From Neophaeotheca triangularis (lineage: Eukaryota): DNA of 64,000 nt. The stretch is from positions 1-64,000 of the forward strand of contig BAAIJX010000013.1 in assembly GCA_054600435.1 (NCBI GenBank). Reading direction: 5' to 3'. The notes below the pieces were generated by a model, which was given only the letters and a program-made list of their open reading frames with translations, did not search any database and was not told where the DNA came from. Position 1 is the stretch's first letter. The number at the start of each line of letters is the position of its first letter. Positions 24,695-34,983 of the stretch are shown here, piece by piece. The position numbers and the translations under genes are program-made.

Positions 24695-27600
24695 ATGTCG
24701 AACGTCTATCTTTTTGGCGATCAAACTGCTGAGCAGTACCCTCTTCTGAGGAAGATCGTTCTCCGCAAGGACAATGCCCTTGTCATTACTTTCCTCGAGC
24801 GCTGCTCTGCGGCACTCAGAGAGGAGACCGCGAAGCTCCCGCGCACTCAACGCGAGACGATTCCCGACTTTCTTACCGTCAGCAACCTGATCGAAGCTTA
24901 CTACGAGAAGGGCCTGAAAATCCCAATGATTGAGAGCGCCTTCGTTACGATTGCGCAACTCGGCCACTACATTGGATACTTCTCTGAAAACCCTACGAAG
25001 CTTCCCGCCGCCAACGACACTCGCGTCCTCGCCCTCTGCTCGGGCATGCTCGCGGCGTCTGCCGTTGTTTCCGCCACAAACCTTACCGAGCTCGTTCCCA
25101 TCGCCGTCGAGTTTGTCCGCATTTCTTTCCGCGTTGGAGCAATCACCAACCACAGGCGCGAGGCGCTTGCTCAAGTTGGTGAGGATCGTTCTCCATGGTC
25201 GACCATTGTTACCGGTACAAGCGAACAAGCCGCCAAGGAGGCGCTTGCTGCGTTCCATGAAGAGCAGGGAATTGCACAAACCAGCCAAGCATACATCAGC
25301 GCTGTCTCGGTCATGGCCATCACCATCTCCGGCCCCCCTGCGACTACCAAGCGTTTCTTCGAGCTCAGCCCATTGAACAAGAATCACCGCGTGCAGATCC
25401 CCGTCTACGCTCCGTACCACGCTGCGCACCTGTACACCGAGGCAGATATTGAAAAGGTGTTGGCTGGCGCCACAGGCGAAACGCTCAAGACGCACCAACC
25501 TACATCCTTGGTACACTCTGCTTCGTCTGGCAAGGGCATCGTTGCGGAGAACACCCTCGACCTCGCCAGAGTCGCCATTGATGAGATGCTCATGCAATCC
25601 GTCCGCTGGGACTACTTGCTCGAGGAGTGCGTCTCTCAGATGACTGCGAACACCAGGCTACCTGCCCACGTTTACGCCATGGGCGTCAGCAACGTTGCCA
25701 GCAGCTTGGTCTCTGCCCTCAAGGCGGGTGGTCAGAACAACACTACTGTCACCGATCAGGCTGCGTGGGAGGTTATCGCAGATGACTCTCACGGCCGTAC
25801 GCAGAACGACAAGGTCGCCATTGTCGGTATGGCCGGACGTTTCCCCAACGCTGCCAACCACGAGGCTCTGTGGGACTTGCTCATGAAGGGCCTCGACGTT
25901 CACCGCAGGATCCCCGCCGATCGTTTCGACGCCGATGCTCACTGCGACCCGTCTGGCAAGGGCAAGAACAAGACCCACACTCCTTTCGGTTGCTTCATTG
26001 ACGAGCCCGGTCTTTTCGACCCGCGCTTCTTCAACATGTCTCCCCGCGAGGCTGCTCAGACCGATCCCATGGGTCGTTTGGCTCTCGTGACTGCTTACGA
26101 GGCCTTGGAAATGTCCGGCTACGTGCCCAACCGCACTCCGTCCACCAAGCTTCACCGCATCGGTACCTTTTACGGACAGACTTCTGACGACTGGCGTGAG
26201 ATAAACGCTGCTGAGAACGTGGACACTTACTTCATTACTGGTGGTGTGCGTGCTTTCGCTCCTGGCCGCATCAACTACTACTTCAAGTTCTCCGGCCCAT
26301 CTTACTCCGTCGACACCGCCTGCTCGTCTTCGCTCGCTGCCATTCAGTTGGCTTGCACTTCGCTCTGGGCTGGTGACTGCGACACCGCTTGTGCTGGTGG
26401 TCTCAACGTCCTGACCAACCCCGACATTTTCTCTGGTCTCTCCAAGGGTCAGTTCTTGTCCAAGACCGGCTCTTGCAAGACATACGACAACGATGCCGAT
26501 GGTTACTGCCGTGGTGACGCATGTGGTACTGTCATTCTCAAGCGTTATGAGGATGCCATTGCCGACAAGGACAACATCCTTGGCGCCATTCTTGGTGCTG
26601 CTACCAACCACTCTGCTGAAGCCGTCTCCATTACCCACCCTCACGCTGGTGCCCAAGAGTTTCTCTACAAGAAGGTCCTCGCCAACGCCGGTGTTGATGC
26701 CCATGAGATCAGCTACGTTGAGATGCACGGTACTGGTACCCAGGCTGGTGACGGCATCGAGATGACCTCTGTCACGAACGTTTTCGCTCCCCGTCACCGC
26801 CAGCGTAAGCCGGAACAGACGGTCCACCTCGGTGCCATCAAGGCCAACGTTGGTCACGCCGAGGCTGCCTCTGGCATCAACTCCCTCATGAAGTGCTTGC
26901 TCATGATGGAGAACGAGAAGATTCCCGCCAACGTCGGTATCAAGGGCGAGATCAACAAGACCTTCCCCGCCGATCTTAAGGACCGCAATGTCCACATCTC
27001 GCAGACAGAGGTGCCTTTCCCGCGCAAGGGTGCTGAGAAGCGCAAGCTCTTCTTGAACAACTTCTCCGCGGCCGGTGGCAACACCGCCATTCTGCTTGAG
27101 GACGGTCCTCTCCGCGAAGCCCCCAAGGCTGTTGACCCCCGTAGCACCCTTCCGGTCACCGTCACAGCCCGCAGCATCGGCTCGCTCAAGCGTAACATTG
27201 CCAGCATCCAAAAATACGTCTCCGAGAACCCGAGCACCACCTTGACCAGCTTGTCTTACACCTTGACTGCTCGTCGTATCCAGCACAACTACAGGGTCGC
27301 CTTCCCTCTTTCCGAGATCAACAAGGTCAACGACGCGCTCCAGGCCCAGGTCAAGGAATCGTACAACCCTGTCCCTATGTTGCCCAGCAAGACTGCCTTC
27401 TGCTTCACTGGTCAAGGCTCTCAATACACCGGCCTTGGCCAGAAGCTCTACCAAGACCTACCCAGCTTCCGCGATGACATTGACCAGCTCGACCAGCTCG
27501 CCCGTGTTCAGGGTCTGCCTTCATTCCTTGAGCTTCTTGACGGCACTGACGTCCAGACTCTTTCGCCCGTCAAGGTCCAGCTCGGTATGGCTTGTATCCA

Positions 27601-30600
27601 GGTTGCCCTCGCTCGTATGTGGGCTTCCTGGGGCGTCACCCCTACCGCTGTCATCGGCCACAGCCTGGGCGAATATGCTGCTCTCCACGTCGCTGGTGTT
27701 ATCTCCGCTTCCGACATGGTCCGCCTTGTTGGTCGCCGCGCCGAACTCCTCGTCCGCGACTGCACCCCTCACACCCACGGCATGTTGGCCGTCAAGGGCA
27801 GTGCCGAGGCCATCCGCAGCACCCTCGGCAGTCAGATGACCGAGATTGCATGCATCAACGGCCCTGAGGAGACTGTCCTATGTGGCAGCGGTGAGGTTGT
27901 CAGCGCCGCCAACGACGCTCTTACCTCCAAGGGCTTCAAGGCTACCAAGCTCAACGTGCCTTTCGCCTTCCACTCTGCTCAGGTCGATCCCATTCTCGAC
28001 GCTTTCAAGAAGGTTGCCTCTTCCGTTACCTTCAACAAGCCCGCCATCCCAGTCCTCTCCCCCCTCGGTGGTGAAATCATCCGTGAGGCTGGTGTTATCG
28101 GACCTGACTACCTCGCCCGTCACGCACGCGAGACTGTCAACTTCTGGACCGCTCTCACCAGTGGCCAGAAGGACAAGGTCTTCGACGAGAAGACTGCTTG
28201 GCTCGAGGTTGGTGCGCACCCAGTCTGCTCTGGTATGGTCAAGGCCTCCACCGGTGCCGCTGTCACTGCTCCTTCTCTTCGCCGCGGCGAGGATGCTTGG
28301 AAGACTATTGCCAACAGCTTGTGCACGCTTTTCACTGCTGGTGTCTACGTCAACTTCGACGAGTACCACCGCTCGTTCAACGACGCTCAGGAGCTTTACA
28401 GGCTGCCAACCTACTCATTCGACAACAAGAAATACTGGCTCGACTACCACAACAACTGGACCTTGACGAAGGGTGAGGCCCAGTCTAGCAAGGAAGTCGT
28501 GGTCGAGAAGGCCGCCGCGGCCCCGGTCGTCGAGGCTCCGGCCAAGCGTTTGTCCACCTCCTGCCAGAGGATTGTCAAGGAGGAGATGAGTGGCAGCACC
28601 GCCAACGTTGTCATCCAGAGCAGCCTTGCCGACAGCAAGCTGTACCCTGTCGTCTGTGGCCACATGGTCAACAACGCCGCTCTCTGCCCATCGTCGCTCT
28701 ACGCTGACATGGCTTTGACCGTCGCCGACTACATCTGCAAGGAGCTCCGCCCCAACACTGAGGTCCCTGGTCTGAACGTGTGCAACATGGAGGTTCCCAA
28801 GCCTTTGATTGCGCAGATCCCCCAACCGCCTCAGGGCCAGCACTTGCAGCTCGAGGCAAATGCCGACCTCGACCAAGGCATCATCAACCTCAAGTTCCGC
28901 AGCGTCCATCCCGATGGCAAGAAGATCCAGGACCACGCCAACTGCATTGTCCGCCTGGAGGACAAGGCCGCCTGGGCCGATGAATGGTCGCGTTACAACT
29001 ACATGGTCAAGAGCCAAATGGACATTCTCAACCAAAAGGCCCTCACTGGCGGTGCCCACAAGGTTCAGCGTGGTATGGCATACAAGCTCTTCAAGGCTTT
29101 GGTCAACTACGACGAGAAGTACCGCGCCATGTCTGAGGTCGTCCTCGATGGTGCATCCACAGAGGCCTCTGCCGTGCTCGACTTCCCCACTAAGCCCGAA
29201 GACGGTGACTTCTACTGCCCACCATACCACATCGACGGCTCCTGCCACATTTCGGGTTTCATCGTCAACGCTTCCGACCTTCTCGACTCTGAGCAGAACG
29301 TCTACGTCTCTCACGGCTGGGGTGCGATGAAGTTCTCTCGCCCTCTTGTCGCTGGCATGAAGCTCCGCAACTACGTCCGCATGCAGCCTCAACCTGGCAA
29401 CATCTCCAAGGGTGATGTCTACATAATGCAAGGAGACGAAGTCGTCGCCGTTTGCGAGGGTATCAAGTTCCAGCAGATTCCTCGCCGCGTGCTCAACACC
29501 TTTTTGCCTCCGGCTAAGGGGTCCGCCGCAGCACCTGCCCCGGCTGCTAAGCCCGCTGCTGCCCCGGCTCGTGCTGCCGCTCCCGCGCCCATCAAGACTG
29601 CGCCGGCACCAGTGAAGGCAGCACCAGCACCAAAGGCCGCCGCGCCCAAGCCTAAGAAGGCACCTGCGGCGAAGAAGCCTTCCGGTGGTATTGTCAGCAA
29701 GGTTCTCGGTATTCTAGCCAAAGAGACTGAAGTTGACCAGGCGGAGCTCGTGGACGACGCCGCCTTCGAGAACCTTGGTGTCGACTCTTTGCTCTCTTTG
29801 ACCATCTCTGCAGTCTTCCGTGAGGAGCTCGACATGGAGATTAGCTCAAGCCTGTTTACGGACTACCCTACTGTCGGCGACATGAAGAAGTACTTTGCGC
29901 AGTTCGATGGCGGCTCAGCACCTGTTGATGAGGATGACTCGGACACAGACTCAATGCCACCTACTGATGTTGCGACTCCCAACGAGGACGACTCTACTCC
30001 CGCCAGCTCCGTCCAGAGTGCTGCTCCTAGCGACGCTGGCAAACCAGAGCTCGATTCACCCACACGCGAAAGCCTGTCAGAAGTTGGCGATGTTAGCTTA
30101 GCCAAGCACATCATTGCGCAGGAGATGGGAGTTGATATCGCTGAGATCACTGACGGTGCTGAGCTCGCCGAGATGGGGATGGACTCGCTCATGAGCTTGA
30201 CGATCCTTGGTGAGCTCCGCGAGAAGACCGGCATCGATCTCTCCAGCACTTTCCTCGCAGAGAACCCGACAATCAAGGACATTGAGCACGCCCTTGACAT
30301 GCGCCCAAAAGGCAAAGCGGTTAAGGCTCCCGCTCAACCAAAAGCTGAGAAGAAGAGCAACCGCGAGCCTCAGCTCGAAAAGGTAAACGCCAAGCTCCGC
30401 GAGTCCATGAACGCCGACATCAGCAAGTTCCCGCCAGCGACCTCGGTCCTGCTCCAGGGCAACGCAAAGATCGCGACCAAAAAAATCTTCTTCTTGCCTG
30501 ATGGTTCTGGCTCCGCAACCAGCTACGTCAGCATCCCCAACATTGGCCCCGACGTGGCTGCCTTTGGCCTCAACTGCCCGTTCATGAAAAAGCCTACCGA

Positions 30601-31219
30601 GTGGGACTGCGGCATTGAAGTCGTTTCCATGGTCTACCTCAAGGAGATCAAGCGCCGCCAACCTCAAGGCCCCTACATCATTGGAGGCTGGTCTGCAGGC
30701 GGTGTCATCGCCTACGCCGTCGCTCAAGCCCTCTTGGCCAACGGCGAAGAGGTCGAGAAGCTCTTCCTCCTCGACTCGCCTTGCCCCGTCAACCTCGCCC
30801 CGCTCCCAGCCCGTCTCCACATCTTCTTCAACGAAATCGGCCTGCTCGGCACGGGCGACCCAAGCAAGACGCCCAAGTGGCTGCTCCCCCACTTCAGCGC
30901 CGCCATCCGCTCGCTCTCCGACTACGATCCTAAGCCCACCGTCAAGACCATGCCCACCTACGCCATCTGGTGCCGCGAAGGCGTTGCCGGCAACCCCGGC
31001 GACCCTCGCCCACCCCCAGCTGAGGAGGAGGATCCGGCGCCCATGACATGGCTGCTCGACCACCGCACCGACTTCAAGGACAATGGCTGGGGCCAGCTGG
31101 TCGGCGCCGAGAACATGAAGTACGGTGTCATGGGTGGCAACCACTTCAGCATGATGAAGGAGCCGCACGCCGTCGACCTCGGCAACCTGATCAAGGAGGG
31201 CTTGAGCTGGCAACCGTAG
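24695..31219 (+). CDS. PKS1: Non-reducing iterative type I polyketide synthase (SAT-KS-AT-PT-ACP-ACP-TE), DHN-melanin PKS1 type, 2174 aa, intronless
   Basis: SAT YLFGDQT and LCSG; KS DTACSSS (~26312), HGTGT and NVGHAE; AT GHSLG (~27656); PT GHMVN; two ACP motifs GVDSL and GMDSL; TE GWSAG and NHF. No KR, DH or ER domains. Confidence 0.96.
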   Translation: MSNVYLFGDQTAEQYPLLRKIVLRKDNALVITFLERCSAALREETAKLPRTQRETIPDFLTVSNLIEAYYEKGLKIPMIESAFVTIAQLGHYIGYFSENPTKLPAANDTRVLALCSGMLAASAVVSATNLTELVPIAVEFVRISFRVGAITNHRREALAQVGEDRSPWSTIVTGTSEQAAKEALAAFHEEQGIAQTSQAYISAVSVMAITISGPPATTKRFFELSPLNKNHRVQIPVYAPYHAAHLYTEADIEKVLAGATGETLKTHQPTSLVHSASSGKGIVAENTLDLARVAIDEMLMQSVRWDYLLEECVSQMTANTRLPAHVYAMGVSNVASSLVSALKAGGQNNTTVTDQAAWEVIADDSHGRTQNDKVAIVGMAGRFPNAANHEALWDLLMKGLDVHRRIPADRFDADAHCDPSGKGKNKTHTPFGCFIDEPGLFDPRFFNMSPREAAQTDPMGRLALVTAYEALEMSGYVPNRTPSTKLHRIGTFYGQTSDDWREINAAENVDTYFITGGVRAFAPGRINYYFKFSGPSYSVDTACSSSLAAIQLACTSLWAGDCDTACAGGLNVLTNPDIFSGLSKGQFLSKTGSCKTYDNDADGYCRGDACGTVILKRYEDAIADKDNILGAILGAATNHSAEAVSITHPHAGAQEFLYKKVLANAGVDAHEISYVEMHGTGTQAGDGIEMTSVTNVFAPRHRQRKPEQTVHLGAIKANVGHAEAASGINSLMKCLLMMENEKIPANVGIKGEINKTFPADLKDRNVHISQTEVPFPRKGAEKRKLFLNNFSAAGGNTAILLEDGPLREAPKAVDPRSTLPVTVTARSIGSLKRNIASIQKYVSENPSTTLTSLSYTLTARRIQHNYRVAFPLSEINKVNDALQAQVKESYNPVPMLPSKTAFCFTGQGSQYTGLGQKLYQDLPSFRDDIDQLDQLARVQGLPSFLELLDGTDVQTLSPVKVQLGMACIQVALARMWASWGVTPTAVIGHSLGEYAALHVAGVISASDMVRLVGRRAELLVRDCTPHTHGMLAVKGSAEAIRSTLGSQMTEIACINGPEETVLCGSGEVVSAANDALTSKGFKATKLNVPFAFHSAQVDPILDAFKKVASSVTFNKPAIPVLSPLGGEIIREAGVIGPDYLARHARETVNFWTALTSGQKDKVFDEKTAWLEVGAHPVCSGMVKASTGAAVTAPSLRRGEDAWKTIANSLCTLFTAGVYVNFDEYHRSFNDAQELYRLPTYSFDNKKYWLDYHNNWTLTKGEAQSSKEVVVEKAAAAPVVEAPAKRLSTSCQRIVKEEMSGSTANVVIQSSLADSKLYPVVCGHMVNNAALCPSSLYADMALTVADYICKELRPNTEVPGLNVCNMEVPKPLIAQIPQPPQGQHLQLEANADLDQGIINLKFRSVHPDGKKIQDHANCIVRLEDKAAWADEWSRYNYMVKSQMDILNQKALTGGAHKVQRGMAYKLFKALVNYDEKYRAMSEVVLDGASTEASAVLDFPTKPEDGDFYCPPYHIDGSCHISGFIVNASDLLDSEQNVYVSHGWGAMKFSRPLVAGMKLRNYVRMQPQPGNISKGDVYIMQGDEVVAVCEGIKFQQIPRRVLNTFLPPAKGSAAAPAPAAKPAAAPARAAAPAPIKTAPAPVKAAPAPKAAAPKPKKAPAAKKPSGGIVSKVLGILAKETEVDQAELVDDAAFENLGVDSLLSLTISAVFREELDMEISSSLFTDYPTVGDMKKYFAQFDGGSAPVDEDDSDTDSMPPTDVATPNEDDSTPASSVQSAAPSDAGKPELDSPTRESLSEVGDVSLAKHIIAQEMGVDIAEITDGAELAEMGMDSLMSLTILGELREKTGIDLSSTFLAENPTIKDIEHALDMRPKGKAVKAPAQPKAEKKSNREPQLEKVNAKLRESMNADISKFPPATSVLLQGNAKIATKKIFFLPDGSGSATSYVSIPNIGPDVAAFGLNCPFMKKPTEWDCGIEVVSMVYLKEIKRRQPQGPYIIGGWSAGGVIAYAVAQALLANGEEVEKLFLLDSPCPVNLAPLPARLHIFFNEIGLLGTGDPSKTPKWLLPHFSAAIRSLSDYDPKPTVKTMPTYAIWCREGVAGNPGDPRPPPAEEEDPAPMTWLLDHRTDFKDNGWGQLVGAENMKYGVMGGNHFSMMKEPHAVDLGNLIKEGLSWQP

Positions 31220-31961
31220 ATTGCGCCGCTCTCTTGACCTTTGCGCTGCCCGTGCTCTCGTCTTCGAACTGCCGTCTGGTTCGCCGCCTTTCCCGTCGCC
31301 TTGGCCGGAGACTGGAAATTTGCACCCCTGACGCATTGATCACGAGCCACGACCTCCGCGACAAGCAGTTCGAGCTGTGAACTCATCTTGGCCGGTGGCC
31401 ACAGCGCCGATCTGTTCGTCCCGGACGTCGACTTTGTATGGCAATAAGCGCATCTTTGCGCAATAGCTACGAAATAGTTACTTCTTTATCACTTGTTTGC
31501 GGGAAATATGAAAGTGGAGTTTTTGTTGATTTTGGAAAACATGGCAATGTTGGACACCCATCTAGAACGAATGCTGCAGTTTCTTGGGTTTTCCCTTTTT
31601 TTTTCTTTTGCTTGGTTAGGGATCGCGGATAATCATGGGGACTTTGTTGAGCACTGCGGTGCAGAGAGCTGGCTACTTGAGCGCCGAATTATGTAGTGTA
31701 TCGACTTTGTCTGATTTAATTTCTCCCTCTACTTTTCACCACCTCTCCGTTGCCTCGTGTTGGTGAACTTTTCTTTTCTACTGGCACTTTACCGTATTGC
31801 TCTAGAAGACACGCTTCCACCTCCCTAGGTCAAACAAATCTCTCCTTACCATCTACATGGCATCCACCCCATCACTTTACCCTCTCCACCCCAGCGAATT
31901 CACGGTAGATGCTAGACATGGAATCTATCACGCAAACGGCACGAACATTCACCCGAGCAAG

Positions 31962-31989
31962 CAGTCAGTCAGTCAGTCAGTCAGTCAGT
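31962..31989. repeat. (CAGT)n microsatellite
   Basis: About 7 CAGT units between the PKS and prefoldin. Confidence 0.85.
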
Positions 31990-33092
31990 AGCGACAGCCA
32001 ACCTCCCCCGCCTCCCGCTTGCCTATCATGAACCCGCCCACAAAACAACCCGAAGCCGCGATCGACGCGCCCCGCACGAACACGCTCACGCAGACGAGCA
32101 ACCTCCCCAGCCACTCTCCCGACTCCCGCAGTACAACACTACCAACAACTGCATATTGCATTGCATGAACGCTCCCGAGACTACTGGCGGCTAGAAGATC
32201 ACGCTCATCTCCTGTCCCAGCAGCAAGGAACTCCATCGAACCGCTTGCATACAATACTTGGACGCATACAAACAATACTACTTACTAGATGCATGCATGC
32301 ATGCGTGCATGCGTGAACGCACAAACGCACTACCCCATCGGTAAAATCCATCGCCCGTGGTTCCATCTTCATGGACTCGTCTGTGCATCCTCATAGCTAC
32401 CACGAATGAGTTTGCCGTGATGAGACGGCCGCGAAAATCGAAAAATCCGTGGCTGGGCTGACTTGGCCGTTGGCTATCATGTTTGTCTTACTACGTAGGT
32501 GCCGTGCTTTATTTGTTAGAGACGCGGGTGGTCTGGTATGGTATGGTAGGGTATATTGTGTCGTGTTTATCCTTATCCGCCGCGTTGATTGGGACCGGAC
32601 TTTTTCGACTTCGCTTCCCCCTCACTAATTCTCCGGGGCCCGGGGATTGGGTTGGGGAGGTGTGCTGGGTTTCGCTAGTTTGTTGATCTTGGGAGAAGGC
32701 TTTCCGGGGGAGGGGCTGGGAGCCGTGGGTGACGGATTCTGCGAGCATCGTGCAGGTGTCTTTGCTCCTAAATATTTGCTGGCTTACCATGTGACTTGAG
32801 GTTTTGTTCTTGGTGTGGCGCTGATGGGTAGGAAAGGTTGAGATGGAGCTCGGTGAGGTCGAGATAAGATAATCTGTAGATCGGCACTACGATCTTCCCC
32901 GCAGTAGGAGATTAGCCATGTAATGAATTAGATAAGGCGCACGTGACGGCGGGGGTCCTAAGCCGAACATTTTCCACTCGCAGTGAACAACATCGCGCCA
33001 AGCTTAGCACGTGAAACGAACGAAGCTCGCCCGTAGCGAGTTCACGCATACATACAGTACTTACCTACGGTACCTACTACTTCACCACTACC

Positions 33093-34179
33093 ATGGCAAC
33101 AGAAGTAGACAAAGCTGGGTAAGTAAGTACGCTCCACGCGCCCCTCCAACGGATCGATCAATCTTTAGGCTAACCCCCTGCGCTTTCAAAAACAGAGGCA
33201 AAGATGCCGCTGCCACCAATCCCCGGGGCATTCCCTACGCACCCTTCGTCGACAAAGTCGAAGACTATGTCACAACGCGCGCCGACGTCGAGGGCGCGCT
33301 CAAGAACTTCCAGGAAATGATTTCGTACGTCTTTACCACCCCAGAGGTCCCCGCCAGCCATGACGAGCAGGCAAGAGAGAAAGAGGAAAGAAGAAAGAGT
33401 AAAAGCAGTGACTTCACAGGAGGGAATATGCCGGAACGAAAGCACCAGCAGCAGCAACCCTAACAGCCCCCTCCCAGCAAATACCAATTCATGGAAAACA
33501 ACACAACAAAACGCCTGAGCGGCCTCCAATCCAAGATCCCGGACATTGAAAAAACGCTCGAAACCGTGGAATTCCTCCAAACCCGCAACACGCCCTCCTC
33601 CCCCTTCCCCTCCCCCTCCTCATCCGGTGACGAGCTTGAACCGCTCGATGCCCACTTCGAACTCAACGACACGCTCTACGCCAAAGCACACATCCAACAG
33701 ACCAAAGAAGTCTACCTCTGGTTGGGAGCGAACGTCATGCTGAGCTACGAGCTGCAAGAGGCGCGGGAGCTGCTGAGCGAAAAGTTGGGAGCGGCGAGGA
33801 CGAGTTTGGCGAATTGTAGGGAGGATTTGGATTTTTTGAGGGAGCAGATTACGGTGGGTTTTGTTCTCCTGCTTTTTTTTTTTTCCTTCTTCTTTCTACT
33901 GGGAGTTTCTTTTGGCTTTGCTCGTGAGGCTGAGGTTGAGGGTGATTGGGGGTTTGGATTTTGCTTGAAAATTAGGGTTTTCGTTGTCAGGAGATGGGTG
34001 TAGATGCGGAGACGGAGGATGTGCGGAACTCAATGCTGACTTTTGCCCCTCCTGTCCAGACGATGGAAGTTGCGACGGCTCGAGTGTACAATTGGGACGT
34101 AGGACAGAGGCGGAAGGAAAAGGCTGAGGGCAAGGGCGGAGAAGAGGACGAGGATGACAAGGCGCCGGCTAAGGCTTGA
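33093..34179 (+). CDS. PAC10: Prefoldin subunit 3; exons 33093-33118, 33196-33324, 33478-33853, 34060-34179
   Basis: TNPRGIPYAPFVDKVEDYV, KYQFME, KIPDIEKTLETVEFL, FELNDTLYAKA, VYLWLGANVMLSY and FLREQITTMEVATARVYNWDV. Three GT-AG introns preserve the frame. Confidence 0.93.
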
Positions 34180-34983
34180 GGTTGATGGTGACAGAATGGC
34201 TTGACGCAGCAAGTAAAAGGGAAATGAAAGGAAGGGGATGGTAGTGGGGCGGGGCAACTCCCGCTTGAGGGCGATGCGAGTGGCCGGCTCATGAGAGTAC
34301 AGCAAAATGCGCAAGATTATAGGTTTTGGGGATTGTCATCGTGAAGCAGACCGCTGAAGCGCCTTCATGGCGGACAACCCGAGAAACTCTCAAGAGCAAA
34401 GCAATCTTTCCAAATCTTTCCAACTTCTCCCTTTAAAATTGATGGTGATGGTGATAGGAATAGTGACAGTGACAGTGATGATAATAGCGACATCGGTATC
34501 AATAATGTGTATAGAACAAGCCCAACCAAATCTCCTCTCAATACCCAGCCATTCCATACCCTCTTGAACTGGTATCATAAACCTCATTAACCACCAAACC
34601 AGGGCAGGTAGGACGGCTCGACTCGGGAAACGACAGCTCCCTAGAGCCCAGCCAACTACCACCACCACTACCCCATTCCTACGTGGCTCGACTCGACTCG
34701 ACTCAGCTCAACTCAACCCGCGAGTCAATGGTATAGTTGTACAACGCGCCTCAAAGAGAGAATAAAAACAAGCCAATCGCATCCAAGAAGAGGCCCACTC
34801 TCCCGCATCGAAGAGCCAAAGCCAGCAAAAAGGGACAACAGCCCGCCGCATGAAGAAACTCCCTCCCACCAGCCAATTAAAACTCCGTCGCTAAAAGAAG
34901 AAAGCATCTCGTTGCCAAATCTTGCCTCCTTTTCCGCACCGCCACAATAAGGCGAAGAGGACCGCACCGCGCCACTGCCACTG

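Noticed and set aside
31217..31237. Possible stop-codon readthrough of the PKS
   Set aside because: A second in-frame stop follows after 5 codons and no targeting signal is created.
24683..31336. Long antisense ORFs opposite the PKS (304, 598, 338 and 412 aa)
   Set aside because: Expected by-product of strong codon bias that removes antisense stop codons.
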